Source: an uncultured bacterium
Lineage (GTDB): Bacteria; Lernaellota; Lernaellaia; Lernaellales; Lernaellaceae
Reading direction: 5' to 3'
Assembly: GCA_964534375.1 (NCBI GenBank)
Contig: CAZHPN010000154.1
Location: forward strand, 1 to 14,911
Length of the DNA stretch: 14,911 nt
A program made the position numbers and the translations under genes. Each line of letters opens with the position of its first letter. The first letter of the stretch is position 1. Below are positions 1 through 7,374 of the stretch, in pieces. The notes under the pieces are model-generated. The model was not told where the DNA came from. It did not search any database and was given only the letters and a program-made list of their open reading frames with translations.

Positions 1-1
1 T

Positions 2-1948
2 ATCGCCAAGGCGCTGTCGCTCGACCCGGGCGACGTGCGCGAGACGTTGACCAGCCCCGGGCGTTTCGAACGGCTCAAAACCGGCGCGACTGAAGAGGAA
101 TTGTCGGCGCTGGCCGAACTCGACAAGCCGCTCCGCCTCGGCATCAGTTCGCGCAACGACAACGGCGTGCCGGCCGTTTACGTCGACGCCAAGCTGGCCG
201 CCGGCGGTCCGCGCCTCGACGAATCGGCCGCGGCGGTCGCCCGCATTCTCAGCCTCGAAAAAGACTACGTGCTGGCCAAGATTACGCAGCCCGGCCGCTT
301 CGAGTGGCTCAAGCGCCGGATCTCGCCCGAGGAATCGGCCGCGCTCGACAAAATCGACCCGCGGCTGCTGCAGAGCATGGGCGTGCGCCGGAAGCGCGAG
401 CCCGCGCGGCGCTACCCGTTTGGGGCGCTCGCCGCGTCGGTGCTCGGCTTCACCTCGACCGACAATGCCGGCGGCCTGAAGGGCGCGGAGGGCCTCGAGG
501 CGCAATACGAGACGCTGCTGTCCGGCCAGCCGGGCAGCATCGTCGCGATGAAAGACGCCAAGCGCCGGTCGATTTCGCCCGACGGCGTCCATGTGGTGAA
601 CCGCGAGGAAGGCCGCACGTTGCGGCTGACGATCGACGCGCGGATTCAGCTTTACGCCGAAACGGCGCTGGACAACATCGTCGCCTTGTACAAGCCGAAA
701 GCGACCTGGGCGATCGTGATCGACGTGCCGACCGGCGAAATCCGCGCGATGGCCAATCGGCCGACCTTCGATCCGAACCATCCGGCGGATTACGAAGCGA
801 GCGCCCGCCGCAACCACGCGCTGCTCGACATGTACGAGCCGGGCTCGACGATGAAGCCGCTGACGATGGCCGTCGCGCTGGCCAACGGTCGCGTGAGGCT
901 CGACGAACAGATCAATTGCGCGGTCGGTTCGGTAGTGTTCGCCGGCAAGGCCGTGCAGGAAGCGCACCATCACAGCTACGGGGTGCTGACCCCGGCGCAG
1001 ATCATTCAAAAGAGCTCGAACGTCGGCGCCGCGAAGCTGGCGCTGCGCTGCGGCGCGCAGGAGTTGTTCGAAGGATTCCAAAGGCTGGGCGTCGGCCTGC
1101 GCACGAATATCGACTATCCGTGGGAGTCGCCGGGCCGCCTGCGCAAATGGCAGAACGCCAAACCGGTGGAAGTCGCGACGCAGGGATTTGGCCAGGGCGT
1201 CACGGTTACGTCGATGCAACTGCTCAACGGCATGTGCGCGCTCGGCAACGGCGGCCGGTTGATGCGGCCCCATCTGGTCGCCGAGCTGCTCGGCAAGGAC
1301 GGCCAAACCGAGCGGCGCATCAACCCCGAAATCGTTCAGCGCGCCGTGCCCGAGGAAGTCGCCGGCCAGGTGCTCTACATGATGACGCTCGTCACCGAAG
1401 AAGGCGGCACCGGCAAAAACGCCAAGGTCGACAACTTTAAGGTGGCGGGCAAGACCGGCACCGCGCAGAAGGTCATCGGCGGCCGCTACAGCGAATCCAA
1501 ATACATCGGCAGCTTCGTCGGCCTCGTGCCGGGCGACGATCCGAAGCTGGGCATCATCGTCGTCGTCGACGAGCCGCAGGGCGCCTCGTACGGCGGCGTG
1601 GTCGCCGCGCCGGCCTTTCGCGAGATCGCCGAGCGCTCACTCGACCATTTGCAGGTGTTCTCCGACAAACAAAAAGAGCCGACGCGCACCGCGGCCAAAA
1701 TCGACAAGAATCCGCGCAGCGCCGCGCCCGCGACCGCCGAGGAAAACGTCGGCCGGCGCGTGTACGACGCCGCTTCGGCGCCTAACTTTCTGGGTCTGAC
1801 GATGCGCGCGGCCGGACAACTGGCCGCCGACGCCGGGGTGAGCGCGACGATGCACGGCACGGGCGTCGCCGTCCGGCAGTCGCCCGAAGCCGGCAAACCG
1901 CTGACCGAGGACCGCCGCGTCACCGTCGAGTTCGCGTTGCGCAACTGA
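2..1948 (+). CDS. ftsI: Cell division transpeptidase FtsI/PBP3 (class B PBP) with C-terminal PASTA domain; 5'-truncated by the window
   Basis: The frame is open from nt 2 (IAKALSLDPGDVRET...), so the GTG at 35 is internal; the N-terminal TM anchor is not in the window. Class B motifs RRYPFG, GAEGLE and LTID are present, as are the catalytic motifs EPGSTMK (SxxK), KSSN (SxN) and KTGTAQ (KTG). A PASTA-like tail APNFLGLTMRAA...QSPEAG spans ~1778-1935. The gene lies directly upstream of murE. Confidence 0.95.
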   Translation: MAKALSLDPGDVRETLTSPGRFERLKTGATEEELSALAELDKPLRLGISSRNDNGVPAVYVDAKLAAGGPRLDESAAAVARILSLEKDYVLAKITQPGRFEWLKRRISPEESAALDKIDPRLLQSMGVRRKREPARRYPFGALAASVLGFTSTDNAGGLKGAEGLEAQYETLLSGQPGSIVAMKDAKRRSISPDGVHVVNREEGRTLRLTIDARIQLYAETALDNIVALYKPKATWAIVIDVPTGEIRAMANRPTFDPNHPADYEASARRNHALLDMYEPGSTMKPLTMAVALANGRVRLDEQINCAVGSVVFAGKAVQEAHHHSYGVLTPAQIIQKSSNVGAAKLALRCGAQELFEGFQRLGVGLRTNIDYPWESPGRLRKWQNAKPVEVATQGFGQGVTVTSMQLLNGMCALGNGGRLMRPHLVAELLGKDGQTERRINPEIVQRAVPEEVAGQVLYMMTLVTEEGGTGKNAKVDNFKVAGKTGTAQKVIGGRYSESKYIGSFVGLVPGDDPKLGIIVVVDEPQGASYGGVVAAPAFREIAERSLDHLQVFSDKQKEPTRTAAKIDKNPRSAAPATAEENVGRRVYDAASAPNFLGLTMRAAGQLAADAGVSATMHGTGVAVRQSPEAGKPLTEDRRVTVEFALRN

Positions 1949-1959
1949 AGGGGAACGGC

Positions 1960-3468
1960 ATGTTGCTGAGCAAATTGATCGCCGATCTGCCGTGGGCGTC
2001 GCTGAACCGCGACGTCGACGTGCGCCGCGCCGTGATCGACTCCCGCCAGGTCGAGCCGGGCGATTTGTTTGTCGCCCTGCGCGGCCAACAAACCGACGGC
2101 GCCCGCTTTGTGCCCGACGCGCTGGCGGCCGGCGCGGTCGCGGTGGCCGCCGAGGACGACCTCGATTGCGGGCGGGCCCCGTTGGTCCGTGTGGCGGACG
2201 CGCGCCGTTTCGCCGCGCTCGCCGCCCACCGCTTGGCGGGCGACCCGACGGCCGATCTGACGCTGATCGGCGTCACCGGCACCAACGGCAAAACGTCGGT
2301 GACCTACCTGCTCGAAGCGATCTTCGAAGCCGCCGGCCGCATCGTCGGCGTGATCGGCACGGTCGATGCGCATTATGACGGAGTGCGGACGCCGACGCGT
2401 TTCACCACCCCCGAGGCGCCGGACCTCGTGGCGACACTGCTGGAAATGAAAGGTTACGGCGTCAACACGGTGCTGATGGAAGTCAGCAGCCACGCCTTGC
2501 AGATGCAGCGGGTCGTCGGCTGCCATTTCGACGCCGGCATCTTTACGAACCTCACGCGCGACCACCTGGACTTTCACGGCGCTTTTGACGCCTATCTGGG
2601 CGCGAAAATGCGGTTGTTTCGCGAAGTCCTGCCGCAGTCCGCGCGCCTTAAACCCAAGGCCTTCGCCGCGCTCAACGCGGAGGATCCGGCGAGCGAGCCG
2701 ATCCGGCGCGCGACGCCCGTGCCGGTCATTTCCTACGGCGCCGGCTCGAACGTCGCCTGGTTGAAGCTGACCTGCGACTTCGCCGGCCTGCGCGGGACCA
2801 TGCAGTACGGCCCGGAAACCATCGACGTGCAGTGTCCGCTGCTTGGCGAATTCCAGGCCGCCAACGTGCTGGCTGGCGCCGCCGCCTGCCTCGGCCTGGG
2901 GATCCCGGGCACGGCGGTGACCGCGGGCCTCGCCAATTGCCGCCGCATTCCCGGCCGCCTCGAACCGGTCGGCCGGCAGGAATTTCTGGTGCTGGTCGAT
3001 TACGCGCACACGCCCGACGCGCTGGAAAACGTCGTCGCCACCTTGCGCCGCCTGACCCACGGCCGGCTGCTCGCGGCCTTCGGCTGCGGCGGCGACCGCG
3101 ATCGCGGCAAGCGGCCGTTGATGGGCCGCGCCGTGGCGCAGCAGGCCGACCTGACGATCGTCACCAGCGACAATCCGCGGACGGAAAACCCGCAGGCGAT
3201 CATCGACATGATCCTGCCGGGCGTGCAGGAAGCCGGCCGGCGACGGATCGAGACGACCGCGCAATGGAACGGCGCCGCGGCGTACCTCGTCGAGCCCGAT
3301 CGCGCCAAGGCGATTGCGATGGCGGTCGCGGCGGCGCGGCCCGGCGACGTGGTGCTCATCGCCGGCAAGGGCCACGAGGACTACCAGGTGATCGGCGCCG
3401 AGCGCATCCATTTCGACGACCGCGAAGTGGCCGCCGCCGCGTTGGCCCGCCGGGCGGGAGACCATTGA
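1960..3468 (+). CDS. murE: UDP-N-acetylmuramoyl-L-alanyl-D-glutamate--2,6-diaminopimelate ligase
   Basis: Motifs DSRQVEPGDLFVAL, P-loop VTGTNGKTS, TTPEA, MEVSSH, FTNLTRDHLDFH, VDYAHTPDAL, FGCGGDRD and AGKGHE. The DNPR motif (TSDNPRTE) indicates meso-DAP specificity. AAGGGG lies upstream of the ATG. Confidence 0.97.
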   Translation: MLLSKLIADLPWASLNRDVDVRRAVIDSRQVEPGDLFVALRGQQTDGARFVPDALAAGAVAVAAEDDLDCGRAPLVRVADARRFAALAAHRLAGDPTADLTLIGVTGTNGKTSVTYLLEAIFEAAGRIVGVIGTVDAHYDGVRTPTRFTTPEAPDLVATLLEMKGYGVNTVLMEVSSHALQMQRVVGCHFDAGIFTNLTRDHLDFHGAFDAYLGAKMRLFREVLPQSARLKPKAFAALNAEDPASEPIRRATPVPVISYGAGSNVAWLKLTCDFAGLRGTMQYGPETIDVQCPLLGEFQAANVLAGAAACLGLGIPGTAVTAGLANCRRIPGRLEPVGRQEFLVLVDYAHTPDALENVVATLRRLTHGRLLAAFGCGGDRDRGKRPLMGRAVAQQADLTIVTSDNPRTENPQAIIDMILPGVQEAGRRRIETTAQWNGAAAYLVEPDRAKAIAMAVAAARPGDVVLIAGKGHEDYQVIGAERIHFDDREVAAAALARRAGDH

Positions 3469-4868
3469 TGCGCGATTTCTACACCGCCGAAAACGTCGCC
3501 CGCGCCGTGAACGGCGCACTGGTCGCCGGCGCGGCGGCCACGCCCTTCACGGCGATCGGCACGGATACGCGGACGCTGCCGCCGGGGGCCTGTTTCTTCG
3601 CCCTCAAAGGCCCGAATTTCGACGGCGCGCTCTTCCTCGCCGCGGCGGTCGCCCGCGGCGCCGCCGGCCTGGTGGTCGGCCCCGACGCGACCGACGCGCC
3701 GCCGGGCCCGGCGGTGATCCGCGTCGCCGATCCGCTGTACGCGCTGGGCGAATTGGCGCGCTGGACGCTGGCCGAAGCCGGGCTGCCGGTGCTGGCGGTG
3801 ACCGGCTCGACGGGCAAGACCACGACCAAGGAAATGCTCTACGCGATTCTCGAGGCGCGCCGCCCGGGCCGAATTCTGCACAGCGAGGGCAATTTCAACA
3901 ATCTGATCGGCCTGCCGCTGACCGTGTTCAATTTGACGCGCGCGCACGAGGTTGCGCTGTTGGAAATGGGCATGAACATGCGCGGCGAGATTCGGCGGCT
4001 GGCGGAAATCGCCAACCCGCGGCTGGGCGTCGTCACCAACGTCAGCGCTGTCCATCTCGAAAATCTCAAGACCATCGCCGCGGTCGCCGAAGCCAAAGCC
4101 GAGTTGCTCGAAAATTTCGGCGCCGACCGCATTGCCGTGCTCAACGCCGACGACCCGCGCGTCGCGCAGATGGGCGACGGCCGGCCGTTCCGCCGCGTGT
4201 TTTTCTCGTCCGACCCGCAAAGCGCGGCGGACGTCAAAGCGCTGGCGATCTGGCCCAAGGGCTTCGAGGGAATCGACGTCGACTTCACCGTCGCCGGGCG
4301 CCGCCTCTCCGTCGCCCTGGCGACGTTCGGCCGCCACAACGTCAGCAACGCCCTCGCCGCCGCCGCCGCGGCCTACGCGTTCGGCGAGCCCGACGACGCC
4401 ATCGTGCGCGGGCTCGAGGCGTTCCGGCCGGCGGCGATGCGCAGCCGCGTCCTCAACATCTTCGGCGTGATCGTGATCGACGACACCTACAACGCCAATC
4501 CGCGCAGCATGGACGCGGCGCTGTCCGCGCTCGACGAGTTGGCGGGCGACGGCCGCAAGATCGCGGTGCTCGGCGACATGTTCGAACTCGGCCCGGAAAC
4601 GGAATCCGCGCACCGGCGGCTGGGCCGGCACGCGGCGAAAATCGGCCTCGACCGGCTGTTTCTGCTCGGCGAACAGACCGCGTTCGTCGCGGCGGGGGCG
4701 CGCGAGGAAAAGATGGACGACGCGCGCATCGTCATCGCCGCCGACCACGCGGCCGTCGCGGCGGAACTGCGCGAGACGAGCCGTCGCGGCGACGTGATCT
4801 TGGTTAAGGGCAGCCGCGGCATGCGGATGGAGCGCCTGGTGCGCGCGCTCAAAGGAGAGACGCTGTGA
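3468..4868 (+). CDS. murF: UDP-N-acetylmuramoyl-tripeptide--D-alanyl-D-alanine ligase
   Basis: The ATG at 3468 overlaps the murE stop (TGATG) with GGAG upstream. Motifs TDTR, VTGSTGKTTTK, GNFNNLIGLP, EMGMN, DDTYNANP, LGDMFELG and VKGSRGMRME. The track's 2832 start is an extension into an alternative frame of murE. Confidence 0.96.
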   Translation: MRDFYTAENVARAVNGALVAGAAATPFTAIGTDTRTLPPGACFFALKGPNFDGALFLAAAVARGAAGLVVGPDATDAPPGPAVIRVADPLYALGELARWTLAEAGLPVLAVTGSTGKTTTKEMLYAILEARRPGRILHSEGNFNNLIGLPLTVFNLTRAHEVALLEMGMNMRGEIRRLAEIANPRLGVVTNVSAVHLENLKTIAAVAEAKAELLENFGADRIAVLNADDPRVAQMGDGRPFRRVFFSSDPQSAADVKALAIWPKGFEGIDVDFTVAGRRLSVALATFGRHNVSNALAAAAAAYAFGEPDDAIVRGLEAFRPAAMRSRVLNIFGVIVIDDTYNANPRSMDAALSALDELAGDGRKIAVLGDMFELGPETESAHRRLGRHAAKIGLDRLFLLGEQTAFVAAGAREEKMDDARIVIAADHAAVAAELRETSRRGDVILVKGSRGMRMERLVRALKGETL

Positions 4869-6196
4869 CGACGCTCGCCGGACGCCGGGTGTTGGTCGCG
4901 GGCCTGGGCCGCAGCGGCGTGGCGTCGACGCGCCTGGCGCACCGCCTCGGCGCGCAGGTGGTCGTCAGCGACAGCCGCGTCACGCCGGCGTTGCAGGCGA
5001 CCATCCGCGACCTGGCGCCGCTGTTGGAAATGAGCGAGCTGGGCGGCCACACGCCGGAACTGTTCGCCTGGCCCGATTTGATCGTCGCCAGCCCCGGCGT
5101 GCCGCTCGCCAACCCGATCTTCGCCGCGCCGCGGGTCCGGGGCGCGGAAATCATCGGCGAAGTTGAGTTGGCGTTCCGCTTCCTCTCGGCCCCGATCGTG
5201 GGCATTACGGGCGCCAAAGGGAAATCGACGACGACGACGCTGGCCGGCGAGATGCTGCGCGCCGCAGGCCTGCGAACGTTCATCGGCGGCAACCTGGGCA
5301 CGCCGCTTGCCGAAGCCGTGCTCGACGACCAGCCGCTCGACGTCGCGGTCGTCGAATTGTCCAGCTTCCAATTGGAAACGATCGTGAATTTCCGGCCGGC
5401 CGTTGCGGCGCTGCTCAACCTCGCGCCCGATCACCAGGATCGCTACAACAGTTTCGACGATTACGTGCAGGCCAAACTGCGGCTGTTCGCCAACCAGTTT
5501 CCGGCCGAGGCCGCCGTGCTCAACGCGGCCGACCCGCTGGTGATGGCGCAGGCGCCGGCCGTCCGCGCGCGGCCGTACACGTTCGGCGCGCCGGGCAGCA
5601 ATTCCTGGCGCGACGGCGATCGATTGCGGCTGCGCGTCAACGGGCACGAGGAAATCCTGGACGTCGGCGGCTTCGCGCCGCCCGGCGAACACAATCGGCG
5701 CAATCTCGAAGCCGCCGCGCTGCTCGCCCGGCTCGCCGGCGCCGACACGGAGTCGATCGCCCGGGCCGCTGCCGCGTTCCACGGCCTCGCCCACCGGCTC
5801 GAAACGATCGCCGAAGTGGACGGCGTGTTGTTCGTCGACGATTCCAAAGCCACTACGCCCGGCGCGGTGCGGACCGCGTTGCGCGCGATGACGCGGCCGG
5901 TCGTCCTGATTCTCGGCGGGCGGGACAAAGGCGGCGATTGGTCGACGATCGCCGAAGACGTCGGCCGCGCCCGGGCCGTCCTCGTGTATGGCGAAGCCGC
6001 GCTGCGCATCGCTGCGGGCCTCGCGCCGTTGCCGGTGCGGCTCGTGCGGCCGTTCGCCGACGCGCTGGCGCAGGCGCGGGCCCTGGCCCGGCCGGGCGAC
6101 GTCGTGCTGCTGTCGCCGGGGTGCGCCAGTTTCGACCAGTTCGCGAATGCCGAAGAACGCGGCGAGGCCATGCGCCGCTGGGTGTTGTCGCAATGA
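4865..6196 (+). CDS. murD: UDP-N-acetylmuramoyl-L-alanine--glutamate ligase
   Basis: The GTG start overlaps the murF stop (GTGA) with an AAGGAG SD. Motifs GLGRSG, SPGVP, ITGAKGKSTTT, GGNLG, ELSSFQLE, DHQDRY, HRLE, DDSKAT, GGRDKG and LLSPGCASFDQF. Confidence 0.95.
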   Translation: MTTLAGRRVLVAGLGRSGVASTRLAHRLGAQVVVSDSRVTPALQATIRDLAPLLEMSELGGHTPELFAWPDLIVASPGVPLANPIFAAPRVRGAEIIGEVELAFRFLSAPIVGITGAKGKSTTTTLAGEMLRAAGLRTFIGGNLGTPLAEAVLDDQPLDVAVVELSSFQLETIVNFRPAVAALLNLAPDHQDRYNSFDDYVQAKLRLFANQFPAEAAVLNAADPLVMAQAPAVRARPYTFGAPGSNSWRDGDRLRLRVNGHEEILDVGGFAPPGEHNRRNLEAAALLARLAGADTESIARAAAAFHGLAHRLETIAEVDGVLFVDDSKATTPGAVRTALRAMTRPVVLILGGRDKGGDWSTIAEDVGRARAVLVYGEAALRIAAGLAPLPVRLVRPFADALAQARALARPGDVVLLSPGCASFDQFANAEERGEAMRRWVLSQ

Positions 6197-7374
6197 TCGA
6201 CGAAGAGACCGAAAAACGGCACGGGCTGGATCCGCTGATCCTGACGCTGGTCGCGGGCCTGGCGGCCCTCGGCTTGCTGATGGTGTTCAGCGTCAGCCTG
6301 TCGCTGAAGGGCGGGCCGGTCTATTACCTGCGCACGCAGGCCGAGTACATGCTCGGCGGCGTGGCGCTGATGCTCGCCGTCAGTTTCGGCAACCTGCGCC
6401 GGCTGAACGATTGGCGCGTCGTGTACGCCATGCTCGGCGTGGTGTTCGTGCTGCTGCTGCTCGTGTTCAAGGCGCCGTTCGCCGCGCCGGCCAACCACGC
6501 CCATCGCTGGCTGCGGCTGCCGCTGCACATGCAGCCGTCGGAATTCGCCAAGGGCGCGCTGCTGTTGTTCATGGCACACCACTTGGCGCAGGCGGGCGAC
6601 AAGATCCGTTCGCTCGTCTACGGCGTCTTGCCGATGGTCGGAATCACGGGCCTCTTCGCCGCGGTAATCGCCAAAGAGCCCGACCTCGGCGCGGCCACGA
6701 CGATCGCGTTTCTGCTGCTGGTGATGTTGTTCATCGGCGGCGCGCGCAAGCGGTTGTTGGCCGCGTTTTTCGCGCTGAGCGTCCCGCCGGTCGCCTATCT
6801 GATCATCGCCACGCCGTGGCGCCTCAAGCGGCTGCTGGGCTTTCTGAATCCCGCCGCCGACACACTCGGCGTGAACTGGCAGAGCTGGCAGGCGCAAATC
6901 GCGATCGGGCGCGGCGGCCTGACCGGCGTCGGGTTCGGCAACGGCTGGCAAAAGCTCAACTACGTGCCGGAGATGCACACCGACTTCATCCTGGCCAACC
7001 TCGGCGAAGAACTGGGGCTGGTCGGCCTGCTGGCGGTTTTCTTGCTGTTCTTCGCGCTCGTCTGGCGGTCGATTCGCCTGACGATGAAAGCCGAAGAGCC
7101 GTTCCTGCGCCTGTGCGGCGTCGGCGCGTCGGCGCTGCTGGGGGTGCAGATCGTGGTCAACGCCGGCGTGGTGATGTCGCTGCTGCCGAACAAGGGCCTG
7201 GCGATGCCGTTCTTCTCGTACGGCGGTTCGAACACGTTGCTCAATTTCTTCTTGACGGGCGTCATTCTCGCGGTCGCGCGGACGCGGCGGGAAGAAGACT
7301 CCGTCCAACGCAAAGTGCTGCATGTCCTGCCGCGGCGCACGCTCGCGGATGCGGCCGGGGAGCCCACATGTTAG
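6193..7374 (+). CDS. ftsW: SEDS-family peptidoglycan glycosyltransferase FtsW
   Basis: The ATG at 6193 overlaps the murD stop (ATGA). The protein has multiple hydrophobic TM segments and the motifs RW, QPSEFAK, EPDLG, PEMHTDFI (catalytic Asp) and LPNKGLAMPFFSYGGS. It occupies the dcw position after murD. Confidence 0.95.
   Translation: MIDEETEKRHGLDPLILTLVAGLAALGLLMVFSVSLSLKGGPVYYLRTQAEYMLGGVALMLAVSFGNLRRLNDWRVVYAMLGVVFVLLLLVFKAPFAAPANHAHRWLRLPLHMQPSEFAKGALLLFMAHHLAQAGDKIRSLVYGVLPMVGITGLFAAVIAKEPDLGAATTIAFLLLVMLFIGGARKRLLAAFFALSVPPVAYLIIATPWRLKRLLGFLNPAADTLGVNWQSWQAQIAIGRGGLTGVGFGNGWQKLNYVPEMHTDFILANLGEELGLVGLLAVFLLFFALVWRSIRLTMKAEEPFLRLCGVGASALLGVQIVVNAGVVMSLLPNKGLAMPFFSYGGSNTLLNFFLTGVILAVARTRREEDSVQRKVLHVLPRRTLADAAGEPTC

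Noticed and set aside
35..37. GTG as the start of ftsI
   Set aside because: The frame is open to the window edge and the TM anchor and first pedestal motifs are missing, so the gene starts upstream.
304..1440. Overlapping + strand 378-aa ORF inside ftsI (and similarly 12836-13981 inside ftsZ)
   Set aside because: These are Arg-rich alternative-frame artefacts of GC-rich coding sequence.
5461..7323. mraY or murG hidden on the opposite strand or in another frame
   Set aside because: No listed ORF shows the multi-TM MraY pattern with its DD/NxxDGxDG motifs or the MurG GGTGGH/GGSxG motifs.
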